In this document: positions 20,398 through 29,733 of the stretch, in pieces
Numbering within the stretch: the stretch's first letter is position 1
Layout: every line of letters begins with the position of its first letter
Source: Geobacteraceae bacterium
GTDB taxonomy: Bacteria; Desulfobacterota; Desulfuromonadia; Geobacterales; Geobacteraceae
Length of the DNA stretch: 64,000 nt
Assembly (NCBI GenBank): GCA_035686205.1
Contig: DASRZQ010000043.1
Location: forward strand, 4,998 to 68,997
Direction: 5' to 3'
Program-made: the position numbers and the translations under genes
Notes under the pieces: model-generated
What the model was told of the DNA's origin: nothing
The model's database searches: none
The model's input: the letters and a program-made list of their open reading frames with translations, nothing else

Positions 20398-21339
20398 ATG
20401 AATTTGCCGAAACGGGAAGAAATACTCAAAGTCATCGATAATCTCACGTCGAGGTACCTTCAAGGCAAGGTGAAGGCCATACGTTTGTCGATGATCGCAC
20501 TGCTGTCCGGAGGACATATCCTTCTGGAGGATATTCCGGGTCTGGGAAAAACCACGCTGGCTCTTGCCCTTTCCGGCGCGCTGGGGCTGTCTTTCGGGAG
20601 GATCCAGTGCACAAGCGATCTTATGCCGTCTGATATTACGGGTCTTTCAATTTTCAACAGGGAAGAAAACGCTTTTAAATTCATTAAAGGGCCGATATTC
20701 AATAATATCGTCCTGGTGGACGAGATAAACCGGGCCATGCCGAAGACGCAGAGCGCACTGCTGGAGGCAATGGAGGAAAGAAAAGTAACCGTAGACGGCG
20801 CTACATATGCTCTTCCTGATCCTTTTCTCGTCATTGCCACCCAGAACCCCATGGAACAGGTGGGAACGTATCCTTTGCCCGAATCCCAGATGGATAGGTT
20901 TCTTATCCGGACGGGGGTGGGGTATCCGCCGGAGGGCATAGAAAAGGCGATAATTAAAGGCGGGAGCATTCGGGATGAAATAAGGAACATGCGGGTGCTT
21001 CTTGCCCGTGACGATATCCTTGATGCGGGGAAGTTCGTGAAAAACGGGATATATTTTTCCGACAAGGTCATCGATTATATCTATCAACTGGTGCGTGAAT
21101 CCCGAAACCACCCCCTGACACTGTCGGGAATTTCCACAAGGGGCGGAATCAACCTGGCCGACGCGGCAAGGGCCCATGCATACCTAGACGGCAGAGATTA
21201 CGTTATCCCGGAGGACGTGAAGGAGATTTCAGTGGCAGTCGGCGCACACCGTCTGGTGTTGAAGCTCGAAAACGGGGAATTGGACAAGGAGGAAATATTA
21301 AAGTCCATATTGCAAAAAATCCCGGTTCCCATGGTTTAA
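20398..21339 (+). CDS. MoxR-family AAA+ ATPase
   Basis: LLEDIPGLGKTTLA (Walker A), VLVDEINRAMPKTQSALLEAMEE (Walker B/sensor), VIATQNP. ATG 20398 (MNLPKREE) is preferred over the listed 20353. Confidence 0.9.
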   Translation: MNLPKREEILKVIDNLTSRYLQGKVKAIRLSMIALLSGGHILLEDIPGLGKTTLALALSGALGLSFGRIQCTSDLMPSDITGLSIFNREENAFKFIKGPIFNNIVLVDEINRAMPKTQSALLEAMEERKVTVDGATYALPDPFLVIATQNPMEQVGTYPLPESQMDRFLIRTGVGYPPEGIEKAIIKGGSIRDEIRNMRVLLARDDILDAGKFVKNGIYFSDKVIDYIYQLVRESRNHPLTLSGISTRGGINLADAARAHAYLDGRDYVIPEDVKEISVAVGAHRLVLKLENGELDKEEILKSILQKIPVPMV

Positions 21340-21452
21340 AATTAACGAAGGCCGGGACGCTGTACATTGTCCTTACGCTTTTCATCGGTTTTGCGGCGGT
21401 CAATACGGGAAACAACCTGCTGTTTCTGGTTGTCTCAGCGCTTCTCGGTTTC

Positions 21453-22202
21453 ATGGCGGTGTCCGGAATTTTCGGATGGTTGAACATCAAGGGGAACGAA
21501 CCGCATATCGAGCTTCCTGACGAGATATACAGCGGACTTGACACACTGGTTACCATACGTGTTGAAAACCGCAAAAACGTTATGCCGTCATTTCTGATCA
21601 AGGTGAGGGTATTTGATGCAGATTGCGATTTTACCATGATATCGCGGAAGGCCGGCGAGACGTGTTCGATGCTGTGCCGCTTCCGGGGCAGGGGGCGGCA
21701 GGCTCCCGGTGAATTGCGGATTGAGTCCCGTTTTCCGATAAATTTCTTTGTGAGAAGCAAAAAATATTACCTGGACGGGAATTTGGTAGTATTTCCCGCG
21801 CCTGTTGCCTGCTCGATGTCAGCCGTTCCGGATGACAAAGGGATGCATGGCGTGGCGAATGCCCGCGCGAAGGGGGTGGACGGCGATTTGCTGAGAATAA
21901 TCGATTATACCGGAAACGAGCCGCTCAAGCTTGTCCACTGGCGCATTTCGGCCAAATATGAAGATTTAAAGGTCAAGGAGATGTCGACCGGCTTGAACCA
22001 GCCTCTCATAATTGATGTCGACGATCTTCCCGGCGGTGATCTGGAAAAGGCGCTTTCATGCGGCGCTTTTCTGGTGAACATGTTTATACGCAGGAACCGG
22101 CCGGTGGGACTGAAAGCTGGCCGGACACTAGTCAGACCGGACATGTCAAGGACCCACAGACTGGCGCTACTGACCGAGCTGGCTTTATATGGTAAAAATT
22201 AA
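21453..22202 (+). CDS. DUF58 domain protein; true start probably upstream and non-canonical
   Basis: DUF58-type core LRIIDYTGNEPLKLVHWRISAKYEDLKVKE. The same frame is open upstream back to the moxR stop and encodes a family-typical TM N-terminus (LTKAGTLYIVLTLFIGFAAVNTGNNLLFLVVSALLGF), but it has no ATG/GTG/TTG. Confidence 0.8.
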   Translation: MAVSGIFGWLNIKGNEPHIELPDEIYSGLDTLVTIRVENRKNVMPSFLIKVRVFDADCDFTMISRKAGETCSMLCRFRGRGRQAPGELRIESRFPINFFVRSKKYYLDGNLVVFPAPVACSMSAVPDDKGMHGVANARAKGVDGDLLRIIDYTGNEPLKLVHWRISAKYEDLKVKEMSTGLNQPLIIDVDDLPGGDLEKALSCGAFLVNMFIRRNRPVGLKAGRTLVRPDMSRTHRLALLTELALYGKN

Positions 22203-24090
22203 GTCTGTCTATACAATCCTGATATACTGCATAAGCCTGCTCGGAGCGATCCCGGTCATCCTCCACGTGGATGCTCTCGCTCGTTTTCTGTTTGTCCCGG
22301 CTTTCGGCGCCGGCATTTTTTTTGACATCAAAAACCGGTACCACGTCAAAAATTCATATCTGACTATTATATCCGTTTTGTTTTTTCTCTATTTTTCCTT
22401 CGGCTTCAGCGGCTCGAACATTGTAGTTCCTGCACTGAACATTCTTCTGATGCTGCTTTCGGCAAGACTCCTGGGCGACAAAAGCGAGCGGAACTGCCTG
22501 CAGATCGTGGTCTTGTCGCTTTTCGCCCTGGCTGGCTCTTCGCTTCTCGACCTGAGCATGACTTTTCTCTTTTACCTTGTGTTTTTCATGATATTCATAG
22601 CCGTTTTCCTGGTGATTACTTCATTCGGGGCATCGGATTCGGAACAAGCGGTTTCCTCGCAGGTATTGAAGAAGCTGCTCGCGGTTGCCGTGGCCATGCC
22701 GGCATTGGCTTTCCCGCTGATGATAATATTCTTCGTTGTGATACCGAGAACCGAGTACCCTATCTGGAATTTTATGAACAGTTCGGACCGGAAAACTGCC
22801 GGTTTCAGCGAAAGCATGGAACCGGGATCATCCGCGAGCGTGGATGTGGTGAAGAAAGTCGTGTTCAGGGCGGAGAGCCCGAAACTTGCCGATAAAAACC
22901 TGTACTGGCGCGGAATTGTAATGAACTCCATCCAGGGCAACAAATGGGTCAGGTCCGGGATGGAACCGAAAGAAAACGACTTTGCGGCGAAGGGCGAAGT
23001 GGTGCAGCAGACGATTTATCCCGAGCCGGGCATGGACCGATATGTAATTGCCCTGAATGTGCCTGTGGGAATCAGCGGGGTAAAAACCGAAAAAAAGAGT
23101 GATTGCGTCTTTGTAGGGAAAGATTTGCGACAGGAGCGGCTGAAATATATTTCCACATCGGTCCTGACGGGCACTATCAAAGTGCGTGAAGGGATAGACA
23201 GGACGTACTATCTGCGTATCCCCCCACAAGTGTCTTCGAGGGCGATTTCGCTTGCCGGCAAGATATCAGGAAAAGGCGGAACTGATGCGGAAAAATTGCA
23301 GCTTCTGGAAAAGTATTTCATTACCGGGAATTTTTCATATTCAACAAAAAATCTGCGCGTAGCAGAAGACCCGGTTGATGCTTTCCTTTTTTCGGAAAAG
23401 TCAGGGAATTGTGAATTTTTCGCGCACTCATTCGCGGTTCTTTTGCGGCTGATGGGCATTCCATCACGTCTGGTGGGCGGCTACTACGGTGGAGAATACA
23501 ATAATATCGGCGGTTATTACCTCGTTACCGAAGATATGGCGCACGTATGGGTAGAAGCTTTCATCGATGGCACGGGATGGGTGACAGTCGATCCAACCGC
23601 ATTTTCCTCTAATTTTGCATCCAAAGAAAAGCATTCCGGTAAGAGTGTTTTTTGGGACATCCGGCTCATAATTGATTCGATGGGTTATTACTGGAACAGG
23701 GCGGTAATCAGCTATGATCTGGATAAGCAGTTCCGGTTGCTGAGAATAACCAATGATGAGGTTAAAAAAATCAATCTCAAATTGAGTATGAAAAATCTCT
23801 CAATTTTTTCGATTCCGGTTTTGTTATTCATTTTATATTTAACCATAAGGAAAAAATACCGATATCTTTCAAAAGAGGAAAAAGTCCTGCGAAATTTCCT
23901 GGGAAAAGTCAGGAAAAAATATCCTGACGTGCCTGTCGCGCCCGGAACCGGGCTCCAGGAAATTGTTAAAATAATTGATAAAGATGCGGTCCGCCAGTTT
24001 GCCGACCTGTATTGCGGTATTGTGTATCGTGACCGGAAAATGAGCGGGGAAGAATATCAACAATTGCTCAAACTCGCGGAGAAGGTATAA
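22189..24090 (+). CDS. membrane-anchored transglutaminase-like protein
   Basis: 633 aa. Multi-TM N-terminus. Transglutaminase core with Cys (GNCEFFAHSFAVLLRLMGIPSRLVGGY), His (HVWVEAF) and Asp (WVTVDPT). Overlaps the DUF58 stop by 14 nt. Confidence 0.88.
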   Translation: MVKIKSVYTILIYCISLLGAIPVILHVDALARFLFVPAFGAGIFFDIKNRYHVKNSYLTIISVLFFLYFSFGFSGSNIVVPALNILLMLLSARLLGDKSERNCLQIVVLSLFALAGSSLLDLSMTFLFYLVFFMIFIAVFLVITSFGASDSEQAVSSQVLKKLLAVAVAMPALAFPLMIIFFVVIPRTEYPIWNFMNSSDRKTAGFSESMEPGSSASVDVVKKVVFRAESPKLADKNLYWRGIVMNSIQGNKWVRSGMEPKENDFAAKGEVVQQTIYPEPGMDRYVIALNVPVGISGVKTEKKSDCVFVGKDLRQERLKYISTSVLTGTIKVREGIDRTYYLRIPPQVSSRAISLAGKISGKGGTDAEKLQLLEKYFITGNFSYSTKNLRVAEDPVDAFLFSEKSGNCEFFAHSFAVLLRLMGIPSRLVGGYYGGEYNNIGGYYLVTEDMAHVWVEAFIDGTGWVTVDPTAFSSNFASKEKHSGKSVFWDIRLIIDSMGYYWNRAVISYDLDKQFRLLRITNDEVKKINLKLSMKNLSIFSIPVLLFILYLTIRKKYRYLSKEEKVLRNFLGKVRKKYPDVPVAPGTGLQEIVKIIDKDAVRQFADLYCGIVYRDRKMSGEEYQQLLKLAEKV

Positions 24091-24313
24091 TTTATCCGGC
24101 ATATCCAATAATAAAGCATATTTTTGTGAGATGTTTTAATTAGTCTTTGTTTTATTGATGCGGTTTTTGCATTTGTGAATTATTTTTCCAGTAAAATCGC
24201 ACCGTTGACTTGGCCACTTAATAGTGATAAAAAGAAAAGGGCAAAAACTCTCCGATTTGCCTGGTATTGACAGGGTGTTTAATTAAATCAAAAATATTTT
24301 TAAAAGGTGTACC

Positions 24314-26413
24314 TTGGCATCCCAAAAAGAAAAACATCTGAACAGCGCGCAAAAGTGGATACAGAAAGGGTTGTTGGACAGGGCCATCAAGGATTATGAA
24401 CAAATTGTGGCCATGGACCCGAAAGATGTCCGGCATCGGCAGAAACTGGCGGAACTCCTGGCCAGATGTAACCGCAACGATGAGGCGGTCAAGGAATATG
24501 AGACCATCGCCAGGTTCTATGAGGACAACGGATTCAACCTGAAAGCCATTGCGGTTTACAAACAGATTCAGAAACTTGACAGTCGGAATATAGATATCTC
24601 ACTTACCCTAGCTGCCCTGAATGAAAAGCAGGGACTGATCGGCAATGCGCTTTCCGAGTATAAATGCGTTTTTGATTTTTATGAAAACCAGGGGAATACG
24701 GCGGAAGCATGTAAGATTCTGGAAAAAATGCATGCCGCTGATCCCGAAAATATTGATATACGGCTTAAACTGGCTGAAACCCGTATGAAGGCCGGACATC
24801 CCGATGAAGCATATCAGGAGTACACGCGCGCAGCCCTGTTGATTAAAAACAGCGGGAACGAAGCGGCTTTCGACAAGGTTTGCAACAGGATCCAGACCCT
24901 TTTCCCGGATAAGAACGAATTTGTTCTCGATCTTCTTGAAGAGCAGATAAAGAACGGGATGGTTGCAAATGTTATCCCAAAGCTTAAGCAAATGCTTGAT
25001 GATAACGAAGAAAACCATAAAGTTCTGTCTCTTTATGCGGAAGCCTGCAAAAAGAACAACGACGCACCGGGCAGGAAACTCGCTTGTGAAAAACTGCTGC
25101 ACTTTTTTCCCGATGACGCGGCAGCGAAGGAAGGATTGGTCGAATGCGCCGTTGAAGATGGCGACCTGGAAGAAAGCCTGAAAATTATCGACCTTTATGC
25201 CTCCGACCTGATTGCCGCCGGGCTGTACGGTTCCCTTGAGAAGTCTTATACGGATTTGCAGAGCCAGGCGCCATACGATACAAGGATTCTTGAAGGTTTG
25301 AAAAAACTATACGAGGCAACCGGTGATCATGCAAAGCTGGCGGATGCCAGGGTGAGTCTGAAAATCTTGTCCGGCGATGGTTCGGAGCAGGATTCCGGGA
25401 CAACCGGGGATGCCGGTGACCACGTTGAAGATGCCTCATCAGCTGTTGATGTTTCCGCCGGTATGGAAATGGATTTCCCATGGGATGAAGGATTGGATTT
25501 GTCAGTCTCTCCCGATGAACCTGAGGACACATCGCAAGGGTACGCGCTGGATATTGAGGATGCGGAGATTTCCCATGATTTCACGGAAACGGGTTTGGCA
25601 TGTCCGAGCACGGGAAGCAGCGAGCTTACCGAACAGGATTTTGCCGCCAAAAGACTTGAGGAAGAACCGGCAAAACCGGACCAGGTTTCGGATTCATTGA
25701 ATCTAGAGCTGGATGAATCCCTTTTTGAAGTTGAATTCGAGGAACCCGAAGAGACTGAAGAAGCGAAAGAAGTTGCTGAACTGGAACCGGTTCTGGAAGT
25801 CGAGGAGAGCGAGCAGGTCGGGGATTGGCTGTCCATGGATCTTTCGCTGGAAACCGACGTTGAAGAGAGCAGGGGTGAAATGCATGAAACGCAATCGGTC
25901 GAAAGCGAGATACCGGTTGCAGAAGAAATCGTACGGGAAAGCGACTTCGGCGGACATGAAATCGAATTGGAAGAGCCGTTCGACAAGGATGACGCAGAAA
26001 CACGATTCAATCTCGGCATAGCGTACAAGGAAATGGGTTTATACGACGAGGCAATGAAAGAATTCACCGCCGCCTCGGCCAATCCGCTGAGGACAGTTGA
26101 TTGTCTTATCCTGCAGGGTATTTGCCTGAAAGAGATGGGAAACATACAGCAGGCGGAAGAAGTCCTTACAGACGGAATAGACATCTTCAAAAAGGCGCCC
26201 GAGAAGTCGCTGAACCTCAAATATGAACTTGGGCTTCTTTACGAGGATTCGGGTCGCAAAGAAGACGCGTTGCGCGTTTTCCGCGAAGTTTTCACGGAGG
26301 ATCCCGGTTTTCGCGAAACTGCCGGAAAAATTGCCAGACTGCACGGTTCCGGTGATCTTCCGGATTTTTCGGACATCGACGATGTCGAATTCAATCTTGA
26401 AAGCGTAAAGTAA
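24314..26413 (+). CDS. TPR-repeat protein with long acidic linker
   Basis: 699 aa with TTG start. N-terminal ~330 aa and C-terminal ~130 aa are TPR-like (AIAVYKQIQKLD..., FNLGIAYKEMGLYDEAMKEF). The central ~200 aa is D/E-rich (EFEEPEETEEAKEVAELEPVLEVEESEQ). Confidence 0.8.
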   Translation: MASQKEKHLNSAQKWIQKGLLDRAIKDYEQIVAMDPKDVRHRQKLAELLARCNRNDEAVKEYETIARFYEDNGFNLKAIAVYKQIQKLDSRNIDISLTLAALNEKQGLIGNALSEYKCVFDFYENQGNTAEACKILEKMHAADPENIDIRLKLAETRMKAGHPDEAYQEYTRAALLIKNSGNEAAFDKVCNRIQTLFPDKNEFVLDLLEEQIKNGMVANVIPKLKQMLDDNEENHKVLSLYAEACKKNNDAPGRKLACEKLLHFFPDDAAAKEGLVECAVEDGDLEESLKIIDLYASDLIAAGLYGSLEKSYTDLQSQAPYDTRILEGLKKLYEATGDHAKLADARVSLKILSGDGSEQDSGTTGDAGDHVEDASSAVDVSAGMEMDFPWDEGLDLSVSPDEPEDTSQGYALDIEDAEISHDFTETGLACPSTGSSELTEQDFAAKRLEEEPAKPDQVSDSLNLELDESLFEVEFEEPEETEEAKEVAELEPVLEVEESEQVGDWLSMDLSLETDVEESRGEMHETQSVESEIPVAEEIVRESDFGGHEIELEEPFDKDDAETRFNLGIAYKEMGLYDEAMKEFTAASANPLRTVDCLILQGICLKEMGNIQQAEEVLTDGIDIFKKAPEKSLNLKYELGLLYEDSGRKEDALRVFREVFTEDPGFRETAGKIARLHGSGDLPDFSDIDDVEFNLESVK

Positions 26414-26423
26414 GAAGGTCTGT

Positions 26424-26915
26424 ATGGAAAGATTATGGGCTCCATGGAGGATGGAATATATTCTGAATCAAAAAGTCGAGGGATGCATATTCTGTCTGCG
26501 GGATGAAAAGGACAAAGACAGGGAAAATCTCGTGCTTCACAGATCCGGAAACTCATTTGTCATGATGAACCGTTATCCATACTGCAACGGACATTTGCTC
26601 GTATCCCCGTACAGTCATGTCTCAAACCTGGAAAAGCTTAACAGTGAGGAAATGCTGGATTTGTTCTCCAACGTAACTTTATGCTGCAGGGTGTTGAACG
26701 AGAAATTTTTCCCCCAGGGGTTCAATATCGGAATTAATCTCGGGAAAGCGGCGGGGGCGGGTGTTGATGACCATGTCCATGTGCATATCGTGCCCAGGTG
26801 GGTCGGAGATACAAATTACATGACCGTTATTGCCGATGTTCGCGTGATGCCTGAAAACCTTATGGCCACCTATGACAAACTTCTTCCGGGGTTTTCATCA
26901 GGCGGAACCGGCTGA
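26424..26915 (+). CDS. HIT-family nucleotide hydrolase/transferase
   Basis: 163 aa. Histidine triad HVHVHIVPRW; NRYPYCNGHLLVSP. Confidence 0.88.
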   Translation: MERLWAPWRMEYILNQKVEGCIFCLRDEKDKDRENLVLHRSGNSFVMMNRYPYCNGHLLVSPYSHVSNLEKLNSEEMLDLFSNVTLCCRVLNEKFFPQGFNIGINLGKAAGAGVDDHVHVHIVPRWVGDTNYMTVIADVRVMPENLMATYDKLLPGFSSGGTG

Positions 26916-26940
26916 TTTCTGAAATTCCAGCTGATTAAAA

Positions 26941-26972
26941 AAAGAGGCGCAGAATACTACGCCTCTTTTTTT
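26941..26972. terminator. bidirectional intrinsic terminator (HIT gene / serA)
   Basis: AAAAAAAGAGGCG-CAGAATACTA-CGCCTCTTTTTTT, flanked by an A-run and a T-run. Confidence 0.8.
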
Positions 26973-26987
26973 ATGCGGAGGTGGAAA

Positions 26988-28592
26988 CTAGCTCGCCTTG
27001 GCGGTAGCCAGATGCAGCGGCTTTGCGAATGTTGCCTTCGTTGCCTGCCTGATTTCGTTGACAACCGAAGAGGGCACCGGGGAGTCCAGCGACAGGATTA
27101 CCATCGCTTCTCCTTTTTTCTCCCTGCGGCCGAGATTCATCGAAGCGATGTTTATGTCATGCTGCCCCATGATCATGCCTATTTTACCGATCATACCGGG
27201 CCTGTCCTGATAGGAAAGCAACATCATATATTCCTCCGGCGTGAAATCCATCTGGAAATCGCGCAATTTAACTATTCTCGGAATTCCTTCGAACTGTGTG
27301 CCGGAAATGGTCCGTTTCTCGTCCGGGCCTTCTATGGTAATGGTAACCATGCTCGAGAATGCTCCGGGTTTGGGAGTTTTTTGTTCTTCCACGACGATTC
27401 CCATGTTGCCCGCCACGATTTTGGCATTGACCATATTGACATCCTGCTCCACTTTGCGCCTGAGCAGGGATGCGAGCCCGCACACGGTAATCGGCGTCGT
27501 GTCGTTATCCGCGATTGCGCCCTCATAGGAAAAGGTAACCTTGTTTATATTCGCGTCGATGAGCTGGGTGACGAATTCACCCATAATATTTGCAAGCTTG
27601 AGAAAAGGACGCATCTGCTCCATGAGGCTCAGATCGAATTTGGGAATATTTACTGCATTTTCGAGAGGCTGCTCGTCAAGGTAGCGTATGATTTCCCGGG
27701 CTACGTCGACGGCGACATTGATTTGTGCTTCCCTGGTGGAAGCGCCCAGATGCGGAACGGAAACAACGCGCTCATGGGAAATCAGCGTTTTCAGGAGATC
27801 GGATTTGGGCGGCTCTTCAGTCCAGACGTCAATTGCGGCGCCTCCGACCTTGCCGCTCTCAAGTGCCTTGAGCAGGGCGGCTTCATCAATGATGCCACCC
27901 CTGGCGGTATTGACGATGATGACGCCGTCTTTCATCATGGCGAACTCTTTTTCACCGATGAGGTTGGCTGTCTCTTTGGTTTTCGGTATGTGAAGGGTAA
28001 TAATATCGGCAGTCCTGAAAATCTCTTCGTGGGAAACCAGTCGTACACCGAGATCTTGCGCCCTTTTTTCGGAAATGAACGGATCGCAGCCGATTACCTC
28101 GCTTTCGAACGCCTTGAAACGGGAAGCGACACGTCCACCCACCTTGCTGAGGCCTATGACACCGACTGTCTTGCCCTTCAGCTCGGTGCCCATCAAGGCG
28201 GAACGTTTCCATTCGCCTTTTTTAAGGCTGGTGTCGGCTTTCGGTATATTGCGGCAAAGCGAAAGCAGCAGAGCGAATGTATGTTCGGCGACGCTGTTCG
28301 TGTTGCCGAAGGGAGCGTTAAGGACAATGACACCCTTGGCGCTTGCATACTCGACATCGACGCTGTCGATTCCGACGCCAGCCCTGGCGACCAGCTTCAG
28401 TTTTTTCCCGGCTTCCAGAACATCCTTGTCAACCTTGGTTGCGCTTCTGGTAACGATCGCATCATAATCGACAATGGCCGACAAAAGCTCGTCTTTAGAC
28501 AACCCCAGACGTACATCGACCTCGATGCGCGGATCTTTTTCCAGAATCAAGAGTCCTTCGTGGGCTAACTGTTCGGTGACAATAACTTTCAT
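26988..28592 (-). CDS. serA: D-3-phosphoglycerate dehydrogenase
   Basis: NAD-binding GKTVGVIGLSKVGGRVA, catalytic region, C-terminal ACT-like domain. ATG 28592 (MKVIVTEQ) is preferred over the listed 28625. Confidence 0.93.
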   Translation of the reverse strand: MKVIVTEQLAHEGLLILEKDPRIEVDVRLGLSKDELLSAIVDYDAIVTRSATKVDKDVLEAGKKLKLVARAGVGIDSVDVEYASAKGVIVLNAPFGNTNSVAEHTFALLLSLCRNIPKADTSLKKGEWKRSALMGTELKGKTVGVIGLSKVGGRVASRFKAFESEVIGCDPFISEKRAQDLGVRLVSHEEIFRTADIITLHIPKTKETANLIGEKEFAMMKDGVIIVNTARGGIIDEAALLKALESGKVGGAAIDVWTEEPPKSDLLKTLISHERVVSVPHLGASTREAQINVAVDVAREIIRYLDEQPLENAVNIPKFDLSLMEQMRPFLKLANIMGEFVTQLIDANINKVTFSYEGAIADNDTTPITVCGLASLLRRKVEQDVNMVNAKIVAGNMGIVVEEQKTPKPGAFSSMVTITIEGPDEKRTISGTQFEGIPRIVKLRDFQMDFTPEEYMMLLSYQDRPGMIGKIGMIMGQHDINIASMNLGRREKKGEAMVILSLDSPVPSSVVNEIRQATKATFAKPLHLATAKAS

Positions 28593-28685
28593 CGCTTCTC
28601 CTTCGGAATGGATTTTACAGCACAAATATAATGTAAACAGAATAATATAGTGAGGCTAAAAATAATGCAAGAGCAAAGCTGTTTA

Positions 28686-28826
28686 ATCGGTTGCGTTGGT
28701 TTGTTGGTTTATCGGTTTGTTGGTTTGTTGGTTTATTGGTTTGTTGGGTAAACAAATTCCAAGCAACCATCGATTTTCAACCAATCAACAAACAGACTAA
28801 CCAACTAACAAATCAACCAATCAACG
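28686..28826. repeat. inverted 8-mer array element (TTGGTTTR)n ... (YAAACCAA)n, copy 1
   Basis: Left arm 28686-28748 holds about 7 tandem TTGGTTTG/TTGGTTTA units. The spacer contains CAAATTCCAA (28753-28762). Right arm 28779-28826 holds AACCAA-type units. Related copies lie at 61472-61621 and 63621-63735. Confidence 0.85.
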
Positions 28827-28848
28827 AGCTCCTTCCGCCTTCAATAAT

Positions 28849-29733
28849 TCAATCCCGGTAACGTTTCACGAGGTCATGATATGCGTCGATCCTCCTGTCG
28901 CGGAGAAACGGCCATATCCTGCGCACCTCTTCGCTTCTTCGGAGATCTATTTCGGCAATAACAAGCTCTTCCCTGTCCGTGCAGGCGCGTCCCAGGAATT
29001 CCCCCTGACTTCCAGCCACAAAACTGTTGCCCCAGAACTGTATCCCGTTGTCGACCGTGGAGGGAGCCGGCTCGAATCCGACCCTGTTGGCGCTGACCAC
29101 CGGAATGCCGTTGGCTACCGCATGGGACCGCTGGATTGTGATCCATGCGTCAAGCTGGCGCTGCTTTTCTTCTTCGCTATCCATGGGGTCCCATCCAATG
29201 GCCGTTGGGTAGACGAGTACCTGTGCGCCTGCCAGCGCCATGAGTCTTGCGGCTTCGGGATACCACTGGTCCCAGCAGACCAGCACGCCGAGCCTTCCCG
29301 CCGAAGTGGTGACGGGGTTGAAGCCCAGGTCGCCGGGGGTGAAATAGAATTTTTCATAATAGGCGGGGTCGTCGGGAATATGCATTTTCCTGTAAGTCCC
29401 TGCAATTGTCCCGTCTTTTTCGAAAACAACCGCGGTGTTGTGGTACAGCCCGGGGGCGCGTTTTTCGAAAATCGATGCTACCAGCACAATGCCGCATTCT
29501 CTTGCCACGGAACCAAGCAGTTCCGTCGACGGTCCGGGAACCGTCTCCGCCATGTCGAAATTGCCCGTGTCTTCGGACTGGCAAAAATACGGTCCTGAGT
29601 GCAGTTCCTGGAGAACCGCGATATTTGCGCCTTTTCCGGCCGCCTCGCGAATTCGCGCGATACTCTTTGACAGGTTTGAACCCTTGTCGGTTCCGCAGCT
29701 TTGCTGCACGAGCGCAACCTTTATCACGTTCAT
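28849..29733 (-). CDS. aguB: N-carbamoylputrescine amidase (CN-hydrolase family)
   Basis: Nitrilase-superfamily motifs (VALVQ..., LQELH, GVLVCWDQWYPE with catalytic Cys). ATG 29733 overlaps the aguA stop (ATGA). Confidence 0.88.
   Translation of the reverse strand: MNVIKVALVQQSCGTDKGSNLSKSIARIREAAGKGANIAVLQELHSGPYFCQSEDTGNFDMAETVPGPSTELLGSVARECGIVLVASIFEKRAPGLYHNTAVVFEKDGTIAGTYRKMHIPDDPAYYEKFYFTPGDLGFNPVTTSAGRLGVLVCWDQWYPEAARLMALAGAQVLVYPTAIGWDPMDSEEEKQRQLDAWITIQRSHAVANGIPVVSANRVGFEPAPSTVDNGIQFWGNSFVAGSQGEFLGRACTDREELVIAEIDLRRSEEVRRIWPFLRDRRIDAYHDLVKRYRD

Noticed and set aside
21335-21341. TTTAAAA at the moxR stop as a classical -1 frameshift heptamer
   Set aside because: In the moxR (zero) frame the codons are GTT TAA, so the X_XXY_YYZ phasing is wrong for a canonical -1 slip. 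It is kept only as one of several explanations in the DUF58 start finding.
25327-26220. 297-aa Ser-rich minus-strand ORF, plus several 100-125-aa ORFs in the same region
   Set aside because: They are mirror images of the GAA/GAG-rich acidic linker of the TPR gene. Reverse reading of Glu codons gives Ser/Phe runs. There is no independent start or RBS support.
26973-28568. 531-aa ORF on the plus strand
   Set aside because: It is entirely antisense to serA, whose product has clear dehydrogenase and ACT motifs. Its translation is low-complexity with no recognisable domain. This is a typical shadow ORF.
28686-28826. Possible CRISPR array; the same question applies to 61472-61621 and 63621-63735
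   Set aside because: The units are only 8 bp, directly abutting with no spacers, and are mirrored by a complementary arm. There are no cas genes. I call them inverted microsatellite-like elements instead.
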